In this document: one piece after another, positions 1 through 12,139 of the stretch
Layout: the number at the start of each line of letters is the position of its first letter
Numbering within the stretch: the first letter of the stretch is position 1
Source of the DNA: Octopus sinensis
Taxonomy: Eukaryota
Reading direction: 5' to 3'
Length of the DNA stretch: 64,000 bases
Assembly (NCBI RefSeq): GCF_006345805.1
Contig: NW_021833062.1
Span: 1-64,000 of the forward strand
Translations under genes and position numbers: made by a program
Notes under the pieces: model-generated
Told to the model about the DNA's origin: nothing
Databases searched by the model: none
Seen by the model: the letters and a program-made list of their open reading frames with translations, nothing else

Positions 1-585
1 CAAAACTGCCGACAAGTGGTATAATCACCACCCTGAATCTGTAACTGAAGGAGAAAATGTAACGATTCGGTGGGACTTTACAGTACATACAGACCGAACC
101 ATCAAGGCCAATAAACCAGATATTGTTGTGAAAGACCCAAACAATAAAGTTTGCTTATTGATCGACATGAGCATCCCCTGGGATCATAATATCTCAGCGA
201 AAGAGTTTGACAAGCTCAGAAAATAAAAAAGACCTGCACATTGAAATTGAGAAAATATGACATCTCATGGCGGTTACAATACCAGTTATCGTAGGAGCAC
301 TAAGAATGATCAAGAAGAGAACCGAAAATTATGTGAGAATGGTCCCTGGCTTACCATTCCTGCAAGAAAAGCAAAAGATTTTCTTAACTGGAACATCACA
401 CGTATTGAGAAGTGCATTGTCGATGTGAGAATTATTACTACCCATGTATTTTAATTTAACTTTAAAAAAAATTCACGAACTATTGAGTTTAGTTTATTGG
501 CCTACCGATGTATACTATGAGTTCCTTGCCCTAAGAGTCGGGAAGACACTCGGCAAGAAATGGAAGCAAATTTGAAAGAAGAAAC
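1..585 (+). mobile_element. RLE non-LTR retrotransposon (R4/Dong-like), family A, 3' end
   Basis: Decayed PD-(D/E)xK endonuclease C-terminus (TDRTIKANKPDIVVKD...CLLIDMSIP...KLRK*) plus the family-A 3'UTR ending at AAT repeats. Identical to 45804-46388. Confidence 0.85.
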
Positions 586-599
586 AAATATAATTATAC

Positions 600-1986
600 T
601 AATAATAATAATATCGTTATATCGTTATAACGTTAACTGGTTAATTACTGAAATATGTAAACTTGAGAGAAAAATACGAAAACTGTTGACAATGTATATA
701 ATGCACGACCCTAAGGTAGATACAGAACGACTTTATCTGCCAAGAAAAGAGGGAGGCCGTGTACTTTTACAACTGGCAATAACAATGAAGATTGCTACAA
801 TTGGACTAGAAACCTACCTGAAAAACTCTAAAATTGGACGTTAAAACTTGTTTCAAAACATGAAAACAAAAAAGCATCATACTCTGTAACTAAACAGGCA
901 AAGCAATATCTAAGTGAATTCCGAATACAACAAATTTCGGAATGAGAGTTAGACATACAAGAAACAAGCACCGAAAGAGCTAGGCGCATGAAAACCCGTG
1001 CAAAAACTGCGGCCTTAGATATTCTGAATAATAAATGGCAAGAAAAACATCTCTATGGCAGATACCCAAAGAGGGAGAGTGATGCAGATTTTGACAAAGC
1101 CCTAAAACATCAATGGCTAATAGCCGCTGGCTTAAAATCTGAAACAGAAGGCATTATCATAGCAGCTCAAGATCAATGCCTACCAACAAGGAACTACCAG
1201 GCCAACATATTAAAGAACGGCAGTAGCACAATATATCGTGTATGTCAACAACAAAAGGAAACCATTCATCATGTTGTTTCCAAGTGCAGTCTTCTAGCGC
1301 CTACAGAGTATCTGTACAGGCATGATGGATCTGCACAATATATTCAACAACAATATATTCAAGAACCTGGATTTTCCCCATGAAAAACACTGGTGGGAAC
1401 ACAAAACACCCCAGTGCTTGAAAATGACCAAATCTCTCTCTTCTGGAACTTCAGCATTCAAACTGACAGAAAGATAGATGCAAGTAGGCCAGATATATTA
1501 TTTAAAGACTTCAGACAAAGATCATGCTTCCTCATTGATATTACTGTCCCAATCGATATCTGTCAAGACCTCCCAAAAACTGAGCAAAAATAAAGATCTT
1601 GAAATAGAAATCAGCAAAATATGGAATCTGAAAACTAAAACAATACCTGTTGTTATAAGTACCCTGGGAATGATACCAAACGCGGCTGATTGCTACCTAA
1701 CTCAGATACCAGGAAATCCCAAACTGGCAGTAATTCAAAAGATAGTGCTCATGGGAGCTGCTCATATCCTACGCAAAATACTTTCTATGTAATCTCAAGG
1801 TTTCAAATAAACATAATTCTCGTTTTTTTTAGAAATTCACTAGTAAAAGACCAAAAAGCAAATAAAACATATATATGGCATACTAGGCATAACAGCAACA
1901 TGAACTTCCAACTTATTGTCTCTTGAGGTCTCTGGGTGAGACTTGGAGCCAACTTGTCCAAATATAAAGAAAAAGTCAAGCATAGA
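600..1986 (+). mobile_element. RLE non-LTR retrotransposon, family B, 5'-truncated pseudo-copy
   Basis: Fragments RKIRKLLTM...DTERLYLPRKEGGR (RT C-terminus), GLKSETEGIIIAAQDQCLPTRNY, decayed CCHC, RPDILFKD, LEIEISKIWNLKTKTIPVVI (RLE). Followed by (AAT)n. Confidence 0.85.
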
Positions 1987-2047
1987 ATAATAATAATAAT
2001 AATAACGACATTAATAATAATATTGATAATAATAATAATAATAATAA

Positions 2048-2120
<73 letters not shown>
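1987..2120 (+). repeat. (AAT)n microsatellite spacer
   Basis: Direct reading of the sequence. Confidence 0.95.
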
Positions 2121-2124
2121 TAAA

Positions 2125-3095
2125 TAAACACAAAGAAGAAGAAGAAGATGATGAAGAAACAACAAAAGCTATAAAACAAATGAAATCCAAACTAAAAATA
2201 GAACATCAACGAGCCATGATAAAACGATGGCAAGAAAAACCCATTCATGGTAACTACTGCACTAAACTAAACGCAAAAGAAATAGACAAAGAAAAATCCC
2301 AGCAATGGTTGAGAAGCTCAGGACTCAAAGCAGAAACAGAGGGATTTTTAATTGCAGCACAAGACCAAAGCCTCCCCACCAGAAATTACCAAAAACATGT
2401 AATGAAAAGAAATATTACAAGTAACTGCAGAATATGTGGAGATGGACAAGAAACAATAAATCATATTATCTATGGCTGCCCAGTCCTGGCTAAGAAGAAA
2501 TATACTCACAGACATTACAGAGTTGGAACCTACATACACTGGAAGCTATGCCAACATTATGGAATAACAACAGAAAAAAAGATGGTATAGGCACACACCA
2601 GAAAAGGTCACAGAAAACGAGAAAGCAACCATACTCTGGGATATGCCGATACCCACAGATAGAGAAATTAAGGCCAACAGACCAGATATAGTTGTCAGAG
2701 ATCATGAAGAAAAAAAATGCTTTCTAATTGATGTATCAATACCGGCAGATGACAACGTGTCTCTAAAAGAAATGGAGAAACTCTCAAAAAACAAAGACTG
2801 GAAATAGAGGTATCTAGAATGTGGAACCTGAAAACATAAACAATTCCTATCATAGTAGGTGCATTAGGCATGATAAAAAAATATTCAGACAAATACATAA
2901 CAAAAACACCAGGACTTACAAACACATATATCATACAGAAAATTGCACTACTAGGCACTGCACACATCCTACGCAGAACACTTTCCATACAATAACCATC
3001 AGAGCATCACAACAAATCACAGCACATACCCAAGGCACACAGAGCTGCGCTCGGTAGTGAAGTGAAAGCACGCTAAAAAAAATAAAACTACTGAA
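2125..3095 (+). mobile_element. RLE non-LTR retrotransposon, family D, 5'-truncated
   Basis: WLRSSGLKAETEGFLIAAQDQSLPTRNY, CRICGDGQETINHIIYGC (CCHC), RPDIVVRD, RLE C-terminus. 3'UTR ends in (AAT)n. Confidence 0.85.
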
Positions 3096-3126
3096 TAATA
3101 ATAATAATAATCATAATAATAATAAT

Positions 3127-3718
3127 AAATGCCCTAATGCAGTACCAGGCAGTGGCTCTAAATGCCCTGATGCAGTACGAGGCAGTGGCTCTGATGGCCT
3201 CTGATCTTAACTGATTGGAAGTGTTACCTTGTACATTGTTTTGTCTTGGTATAAAAGATGGGCTACAGCAAATATTCTGCTCAATACCACAGATTTGCTT
3301 GCCAGTTGTTTGCCTTTAACCAGTTGAGCATGTCCCTTAGTGGCTGACGATATGTGCATCTCTGATCGCGGGCAGAAGTAGTGGGGAGCATCATAGCCAT
3401 GTGTTGAGAGGGATTATTTGGGGTTTGAATAATTCACCACTGGAAACATGGGTGATTTTTTCAACATCCTTAAACAACCCTTATTCAGGGACCGTTGGAG
3501 CGGGATGGGCTACTCAACCTGAAGAAAATTCTAACTGGGCCCCACCTGCAAGGTCATGTGCTGTTTATCTTGATAAGATATCACCATGTCGCGCACATAT
3601 GGTTTTAATGCATGTGCCTGGTGTACACTTATCAGACGGGTAGTCATGATGGGTATATTGGGCTTCGTATATTTTACCCCAGTGACACTTTGATGGCATG
3701 ATCTGCTCTCTCACTCAA
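3127..3718 (+). mobile_element. ~590-bp non-coding AAT-flanked repeat (non-autonomous element or long 3'UTR of another family)
   Basis: Flanked by AAT on both sides, starts with a 33-bp tandem duplication (3127-3159, 3160-3192), no credible ORF. Resembles an abundant octopus repeat as I recall it. Confidence 0.55.
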
Positions 3719-3744
3719 TAATAATAATAATAATAATAATAATA

Positions 3745-5670
3745 TAGTATGGCATGGATCGATTACAGAAACACGTTTGATAGCATCCCCCACACATTGA
3801 TCCTCGAAACCCTAGCCATTAACAAAGCAGCACCAACAATTATAGAATATATTGGAGACTCTAAAAAAAAGGCAAACATTGCTACAGCTCCTGAAAAACC
3901 AAAGCCATTCCCATTGGAAGAGGAATATTCCAGGGAGAAACGCGCTCTCTAATTCATTTTCTGCTTGGCACTATCACCTCTATCTAATATGCTAAATAGA
4001 ACTAGATGCGGATCTAAATGTTACGTCAAAACGACGAGCCGCTATTTATATATGGATGACTTAAAATTATACGTTGCCAATGAAAAATGTCTGGAAACAC
4101 TACTAAAGAGATTTCATGAATTTACCAAGGATTTAGATATGAAATTTGGATTAGAAAAAGGCGCCAAAGTAACCCTGAAAAGAAGAAAACTTGTTAAAAG
4201 TAGCAACATCACACTAGATAAAACCAATGAAATAAAAGAATTAGACCAAAGCCAAATTTACAAAAACTTAGGAATCCATGAACTAGATAAGATACAACAC
4301 ACACAAATGAAAGAGGAAAAAAAAAAGAATATTATAGACGAGTTAGATCAATACTTAAAACAGAGATCACTGCTAAAAACAAGATAATAGGTATCAACAC
4401 TTTAGTCGTCCAGGTTATACGTTACAGTTAAAACATTCTAAACTGGACACAAAATCATTTGACCAAAATAAATAGGAAAACAAGAAAAATAATGACAGGA
4501 TCTAGGAAGCATCAACCAAAATCTGACGTAGAAAGGCTATAAATACAACGTAAAGATGGTGGTGGATGCCTAATACAGCTGGAAAACTACTATAAAATAA
4601 CCACCATAGGACTGCAAAAATATCTACTTCAGAAGGAAGGAAAACTGATCCAGGTAGCGGCAAAACACGAGCTAAACAAAAAACTGTTTGCTGTATTTAA
4701 GGAAGCTGTCAAATACAAACACGAATCATAAAACCTAACAAATATGAAGAAAAAGAAGAAGATGAAGAAACAACAAAAGCTATAAAACAAATGAAATACA
4801 AAATAAAAGTAGGACAGCAACGAACCATGATAAAACGATGGCAAGAAAAGCTCCTTCTTGGTAAATACTGCACTAAACTAAACGCAAAAGAAATAGACAA
4901 AGAAAATTCACAGCAATGGTTGAGAAGCTCAGGACTCAAAGCAGAAACAGAGGGATTTTTAATTGCAGCACAAGACCAAAGCCTCCCCACCAGAAATTAC
5001 CAAAAACATGTAATGAAAAGAAATATTACAAGTAACTGCAGAATATGTGGAGATGGACAAGAAACAATAAATCATATTATCTCTAGCTGCCCAGTCCTGG
5101 CTATGGAACCTACATACATTGGAAGCTATGCCAACATTATGGAATAACAACAGAAAAAAGATGGTATAGGCACACACCAGAAAAGGTCACAGAAAACGAG
5201 AAAGCAACCATACTCTGGGATATGCCGATACACACAGATAGAGAAATTAAGACCAACCGACCAGATATAGTTGCCAGAGATCATGAAGAAAAAAAATGCT
5301 TTCTAATTGATGTATCAATACCATTAGATGACAACGCCTCTCTAAAAGAAATGGAGAAACTTTCAAAATAAAAAGACCTGGAAATAGAGGTAACCAGAAT
5401 GTGGAACCTGAAAACAGAAACAATTCCTATCATAATACGTGCATAGGTATGATAAAAAAACATTCAGACAAATACATAACAAAAACACCAGGACTTACAA
5501 ACACATATAACATACAGGAAATTGCACTACTAGACACTGCACACATCCTACCCAGAACACTTTCCATACAATATAACCATCAAAGCATCACAACAAATCA
5601 CAGCATATACCCAAGGCACACAGAGCTACGCTCGGTAGTGAAGTGAATGCATGCTATAAAAATAAAACTA

Positions 5671-5675
<5 letters not shown>
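3745..5675 (+). mobile_element. RLE non-LTR retrotransposon, family D, with RT remnant
   Basis: AWIDYRNTFDSIPH, YLYMDDLKLY (RT catalytic YMDD), FGLEKGAKV, GLKAETEG...AAQDQ, CCHC, RLE. Same 3'UTR as 2125-3095. Confidence 0.85.
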
Positions 5676-5704
<29 letters not shown>

Positions 5705-5730
5705 TAATAATAATAATAATATTTATAAGG

Positions 5731-5762
<32 letters not shown>

Positions 5763-5869
5763 TATAATGATAATAATAATAAATAATATAATAATAATAA
5801 TATAATAATAATAATAATAATAATATTAATAATAATAATAATAATATTAATAATAATATTAATAATAAC

Positions 5870-5934
<65 letters not shown>

Positions 5935-6000
5935 TAATAATAATAATAATAATAATAAAAATATTAGTAATAACAATATTAATAACAATAATAATAATAG
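5676..6000 (+). repeat. (AAT)n microsatellite
   Basis: Direct reading of the sequence. Confidence 0.95.
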
Positions 6001-6510
6001 TAAAAACTTGTGGGAACACAAACCACCTCCAGTGCTTGAAAATGACCACTTTTCCCTCCTCGGGAACTTCACCTTTTTAAACGGACAAAAAGGTTTCTGC
6101 ATATAGGCCAGACACCATAGTGCAAATCTTCAGACAAAAACACTCCTCATTGAAACGACTTCCTAATCAATATAAACGTATCTGTCATGACCTACCAAAT
6201 ACTGAGAAAATGTAAATATCTTGAATTAGAAATTAGCAAAATGTAGAATCACATGACTAAAACAATACCTATTGTCATAGGTACCCAATTATAGCAAAAG
6301 CGTTGATTGCTACCTGGCTCAGATACCGGAAAACCTCAAAATGGCAGAAATTCAAAAGATAGTGCCCATGGAATCTGCCCATATCCTACGCAATATACTT
6401 TCTATGTTATCTGAACTTTCTTATGATTTCTTTATTATTCTCTTGTACAACACTATTTACAAAACCAAATAGATTGCTTTCTAGGCATTGAGGATCACTC
6501 TTTCTATTTA
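6001..6510 (+). mobile_element. Older, degenerate family-B RLE 3' fragment
   Basis: Nucleotide similarity to the family-B end (gggaacacaaaccacctccagtgcttgaaaatgaccac...aaaatggcagaaattcaaaagatagtg). Confidence 0.75.
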
Positions 6511-6986
6511 TCGAGCGTCTTCACTGTGCTGCATCTTACAGGGACCATTCATTGTTACAGATATAATTGATATTAGAGGCACAATGTCGAGGGAAGTTGA
6601 TAGCCGATAACATTAGAAATTTACTACTTCGTCATTTATCGACCACCAAATTAAAACAAGCCAGATTTTCCTTGCAGATATTGAAATCTGACGGAAAGAA
6701 AATCGGACAATATGTTGCCAAGCACTTTTGCCTAGCATGCAAACTATTCCCCGCCCTTCGTAGTAGAAATAATACCAGCTATTTATAAAGTGAAAACTCT
6801 TTGATCGACAATGTTAGTCTACATAAATAATATCCACAGAATGTACAATATTGGCAGCTGTTTTGAAAAGGTATTGTATATAACATATGTTGTGATTTTA
6901 TATTAAATACGTTAAAAATTATATGTGAAATATTTTAGATATATCACATTTTAACATTTTCAGGCAATCTCCTATTTTTCTTTTAG

Positions 6987-7168
6987 TCGATTAAAAGGTT
7001 TCAAGGGTTGTTACATGAAGAGAGTGTCTTCGTGTGCGTCAAAGAATAACATATCTCAGAATAAATTTTGGAATTTATTGCGAGTAAAAGATCCCTTGGC
7101 TTGTTACCAAGGCGAAGATTCTCAGTGTGTTTCAGTGATCAGAAAAATTGCTTACAAAGGTTTCTGTG
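6987..7168 (+). CDS. Candidate exon 3 of the upstream paralog of a secreted Cys-rich protein gene
   Basis: Acceptor ctcctatttttcttttag, donor G|gtatga, 182 nt, phase 2 to phase 1. Open frame RLKGFKGCYMKRVSSCASKNNISQNKFWNLLRVKDPLACYQGEDSQCVSVIRKIAYKGFC. Confidence 0.6.
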
Positions 7169-7364
7169 GTATGACATTTTAATTAGTTACAATATAATTT
7201 CGAGAAATGTTGTATAAGTTGGAATCTCATGCAGTAATAATAATTGCACTGGGAAAGGCCTCGAGTTTTCAATAAGTGTAAATATTAGCTGAAAATAAAA
7301 TCGTATTTAAGAATACTTACGCAGTTAGCCATTAGAATAATCACAGCAACTGAAATTATTATTT

Positions 7365-8085
7365 TTTATTCATTTATTTTACTTTATTTTATTTAGTTTC
7401 AGCTCACGAGCTTTGGCCATGCTGGTGCACCGCCATTTCGTGTTGCTACATGATTTTACTTCATTAATGCTTTTTGCAAATGCCATTTGGTGCATGTGAA
7501 AGCTCGATGCAGCTGCCCTCATCTGCACCTCCTGCAATGAAGTTGGTTCATCTGGGACACCTGACAAGAAGAGATCCAGTTTAATTTTAAAAACATCTTC
7601 TTCCACCCCATGCAGGTCTCGCAGGTTCTTCGGGAGGATATTGAATAGCTGTGGGCCTCTGAAGCCCAGGCTATCACAGTATTTTGTCTTACAAGTTGAT
7701 GGCAAACTTGGAGTCTTTGGCACTATGCAGTGGCACCTATTTCTGTCATTTGTGTAACTCCCGATGCCAAAGTTTGGGACAGGTCCTTCTAGGAGCTTCC
7801 AGATGTATATCATTGCATGTATTTCACAACTACGCTCTAAGGAATAGAGTCTCAATCTCTTCAGTTTTTCCCAATAGCTTATATGCTGCACAGAGGCTAA
7901 CTTCTACGTGTATCTTCGTTGGATCGCATCAAGTTCTGTGATTAAATTGACACTGGATGGTGACCATAGCTGAGAGCAATAGTCAAAGTGGCTTAGGACA
8001 AGTGTCCTCCAGACGACCATCATGGTTTCCTGGACTCTTGTTCTAAAGGTTCTAAGAATCCATCATGGTCAGCCGCCTACACTTC
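7365..8085 (-). mobile_element. CR1/L2-type LINE 3' fragment
   Basis: QHISYWEKLKRLRLYSLERS...YIWKLLEGPVPN, GFRGPQLFNILP. Same family as 28340-31460. Confidence 0.85.
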
Positions 8086-8784
8086 ATTGCCATCATCACA
8101 GTTTTATAAAGTAATTGTCATTAAGCGATATAATATAACAAATTCTCGCATTAGGTTTTTGAGATTTAATGGGGCATTGTTTGGAAAGCCAGTCCTCAGC
8201 AAATAATCGAAAACTAACGGAACCCCAAACTTTCTATTAAATCTAGCAAATAAATATAGCTACACTCCAGCGAGTATAAGGTTCATGCCTGTTGGTGGGA
8301 AGTGATGGAATGCCGCGTCAGCTGATACCCGTGTGTGTCACGTAAGGATTTTATATATTTTATATCTATATAAGTATTCGTTTTTTTCTTTGTCAGTTTC
8401 ACAACACATCAAATATTTGAGTTTTATGTTGAAACATGAAGGAATTTAAAGATCATTCCACGCAATATAGAATCCAAAAAACCTGTCTAGAATTAAGTAA
8501 TATCAGTGAAATATTACATCGATCTCATTCTAATTATGTTATATTAAGACACTGACACCGACTTCCAGACACATCATGAAGACTGCAATATCAGACGAAT
8601 AATAGAATATATCTACTTACAGTGCTTCTTTATGTATGTTTGTGTTTCTAAGTAATATATATAGTTGAAATATACAAAAAAAAAAACGAAACGCGAAGAG
8701 GGGTGTATAAACAGGAAGCAGTTGTCTTAGTTTGATGCTAGGGAAGGAGAGAAAGACTATAGCGGCGGTTATGGCAATCAATCT

Positions 8785-8841
8785 TGGCTATATATATATA
8801 TGTGTCTGTGGGTGTGTGTATGTGTGTTTATAGATCCATAA

Positions 8842-8884
<43 letters not shown>

Positions 8885-8916
8885 CATACATACATATATA
8901 TACACATACACACACA

Positions 8917-8992
<76 letters not shown>
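8785..8992. repeat. (TA)n/(TG)n/(CA)n microsatellite
   Basis: Direct reading of the sequence. Confidence 0.95.
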
Positions 8993-8993
<1 letters not shown>

Positions 8994-9190
8994 GGGAGAG
9001 TTTACGAAAAAAACAAAAGACGAAGATAGGTGGTGTAAAGCACAAACAGATGTATTAATATAACTCTCAGGAATAGAAGTCTTTTTCGTTTCGAGCCTAC
9101 GCTCTTCTACAGAAAGAGAAACACAAAAAGCAAGGGCAGAAACAAGGGGAGAAAAATATGTGTGTCGTGGCTAACGATCTCTCTCATGGC
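8993..9190 (-). mobile_element. Short TA-abutting repeat with variant hammerhead motif (Penelope-like-derived)
   Basis: Homologous to 22464-22650. Minus strand reads CTGTAGA-A-GAGC-gtag-GCTC-GAAAC. Confidence 0.55.
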
Positions 9191-9329
9191 AGGCCGTTCC
9201 AAAAGACACTATATTATTTCGTAATCTAATGACTTTGCTATTTCTTGTACAATTGACTTCAAATGTTAACAGCATCGATAAAAATAAGTCAAAATATTAT
9301 GGTTAAAGTTTGATATGTTTTTAAGTATA

Positions 9330-10066
9330 GGAATTGCATTCACTATAAATGATAATGATATTTGTGTGTTGGAATATGGTCGACCACAGTCGAACAAGAC
9401 TGTGCGGCTTACTTTGATGAAGGATTTCACTAAAAGTTCGCCAACGGCAAAGCGGTTTTGGACCTGGCTCAAAAACTTCAAAAGCTAAGATTGTCTGTGC
9501 AGGGGAAGACGATCAGGACGAGCACTAACATTGGACGAGACAGTCGAGGAGGCTAGCCCGAAACTCTTTGAAAGTTCCAAGATCTCCATGAGAAGAACAA
9601 GTTTGGAAATCCAGATTCCGCCAATGACTGTTTAGCTCGACCTGATGAAACACTACAAGCTGAGGTTCATTCAGGCCATAATGGCAGACGACAAGCGACT
9701 GCGCAAACAAGGGGCTATGTGAAGGGCTTGGTCTATGCCACCTACACCCTTTCTGAAAACCTAGAGGAACTCGAGCAGAGAATCACTACCGCACTGGAGA
9801 CTGTGACACAAGACATGCTGCCGAGTTTTTGGGAGGAGGTACATTAACGCCATGGCGTGTGCCCTTCCTTAGGCGTTGCGAATATCAGACATTTGTGATA
9901 TTCTTCATGGAATCCACGTCCATTTGAATTCCTGATGCAATTTTTGCAGGAATACGTCAATGCTGACCAAATTTAAACCTGTTTAGTTTCAATTTCTTTT
10001 GGCTATGTAATTTCTGTGATGTTTATATCTCAAAAGATATCAAAGATCTTGGAAGTAAAGCACTGT
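9330..10066 (+). mobile_element. Internally deleted Tc1/mariner-superfamily DNA transposon
   Basis: N-terminal HTH part CVLEYGRPQSNKTV...CLCRGRRSGR...SMRRTSLEIQIP joins directly to the C-terminus GYVKGLVY...LEELEQRITTALETVTQDML. The DD catalytic core is missing. Right end CACTG+TA. Confidence 0.75.
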
Positions 10067-10069
10067 ATG

Positions 10070-10163
<94 letters not shown>

Positions 10164-10881
10164 GTGTGAGTGATCATTCAAAATTCTTTCATTACTCACT
10201 TCCAATTATTGCAGGAAACGGGAATTGTACAATTATAATCATACATGTCTCTACATGTCACGTTGTAGAGACCTATGAGCAGTTTTCCACAAATCTACTT
10301 TTGCGGCTGTTGAAGTGACGAAAAGGTTATAATGACGGTAGAACAATCTAGATGATTAACGTTCTTACACCTAAAGAGATATTCACTGAGAAATAGAAGT
10401 TTATGGTGAAAATGCTCTATCGTAAGACGTAGTGAGGCACTGGCATCACCTTTTCCAGTTTGGTGAGAAATCGGTTGAATCTACAGTGATTCCTGGACAA
10501 CCATATACAACCACATGTGACGACACCATTACTAAAATGGAAGATACCATTTCTGAAGTATTGGCGACTTAATTCTCGGCAATTCCCCCAAGAAGTGTTC
10601 ATAAATGTAAGAATGTAGGATCCATGGAAAACTGATCACGGCCATTTGCATTTGCGGAAGGCGCCTACATGATGGATTACCCTGATACTGATATGTGTAT
10701 ATATACATAAAGATATATTTACGTACAAACACGCACACACACACACACACACACACTCAAACACACACACATATATATATATTCGCTCCAACATTCGAAA
10801 CTCGATTACTTTGACCATATAATTTTTTTTATTTTCTCAAAATAAAAACATATATATATATATATATATGTATATACGTAT

Positions 10882-10953
<72 letters not shown>

Positions 10954-11043
10954 GTGTCCTGTGACACACAAATATCTAAAGTATATTTCTCTTTTCCCTT
11001 AGTTTTATAATAACTTCATACCATATTATTTCTTTTTCTGCAG

Positions 11044-11087
11044 GACCTCACTGGGATGAAAATAACAATCTTCAGAAATACGACTGA
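11044..11087 (+). CDS. Candidate terminal exon of the upstream paralog (G)PHWDENNNLQKYD*
   Basis: Strong acceptor ttatttctttttctgcag, phase 1 matching exon 3, stop TGA 11085-11087, AATAAA at 11192. Confidence 0.45.
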
Positions 11088-11519
11088 GCCACAGTACCTT
11101 CAGTTTATGTGTATGGTTTCAATGAATACCATTAGAGTAACACAGCTAAAATATCACATTGCTTTTCGGTTAATATTGCCTATAATATCACAATAAATCA
11201 AAGATGTATCTCTTTAATAATCCTCGCACTGGCGATTAGAACTTTGACTTTGTAAAAGACTGATGGTAAATATATTTAAAACGAATCCTAATTAACTGTG
11301 CAATATCATGGCAGATCGTAATGCAAATTTGTGAAGACGATCCAGTAGGCAATAAAATACAATTTCGTTACTAAAACATTCGTATGACTATTATTACATT
11401 TTATGTGTTCATACCATTACACACATCACTGCAAATCGCGCTCGCACGCACATATACACACACGCACACATACACACACTCATATGTATATATATATATA
11501 TAAGATTAGAAGAGGCTGT

Positions 11520-11840
11520 CATGCGTTGTACACTGAAAATTATCAAAACAACGTTTAACAGCAACGCCGGATAACAATCAATATCCAGAAAAAAACTAAA
11601 TTACGAATACTTATTTCTTTATTGCCCACAGGATATTAAACAAAGATACGACAAACAAGGACCCAGAAAGGGATTAAGACAATTACATAGACCACAGCAA
11701 TTAAAAGGTACTTCTTTATTCGTCCCCGAAATGATGAAGTTCAAAGTCGACTCCGGCGGAATTTGAACTCAACAACGTAACAGTAGACGTAATACCACTA
11801 GGCATAACAAATATTGCCTGAGTGTAAACAGAATCGGGAC
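11520..11840 (-). mobile_element. tRNA-derived SINE (octopus-type), degenerate
   Basis: Minus strand has a B-box-like gagttcaaattccgcc followed by gagtcgactttg...cggggacgaataaag. Resembles the common Octopus SINE as recalled. Confidence 0.7.
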
Positions 11841-12040
11841 AGAAGAATGAGCGAATTACATTCAGGTTCTGAATATCATTTTCAATTAAGTAGATATATT
11901 GCAATTACCACAATTTTTCAAATTATCTGCGTTAGAATTACCTCTTTTACTTTAACCGATATTCTCACATGTATGTATAAACGCACACACATATATAATG
12001 CATATACATATATATATATGTATATATATATATATATCTA

Positions 12041-12139
<99 letters not shown>

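Noticed and set aside
6711-6731. YVAKHFC in ORF 6567-6788, resembling YVAAHFC of exon 2
   Set aside because: Similarity is limited to 7 residues, the splice phase is incompatible and stops follow. It could be chance or a very decayed exon copy; not supportable.
8570-8606. Hammerhead-like ATCATGA-A-GACTG-caatat-CAGAC-GAAT
   Set aside because: Both core halves and stem II are mutated; at best a relic.
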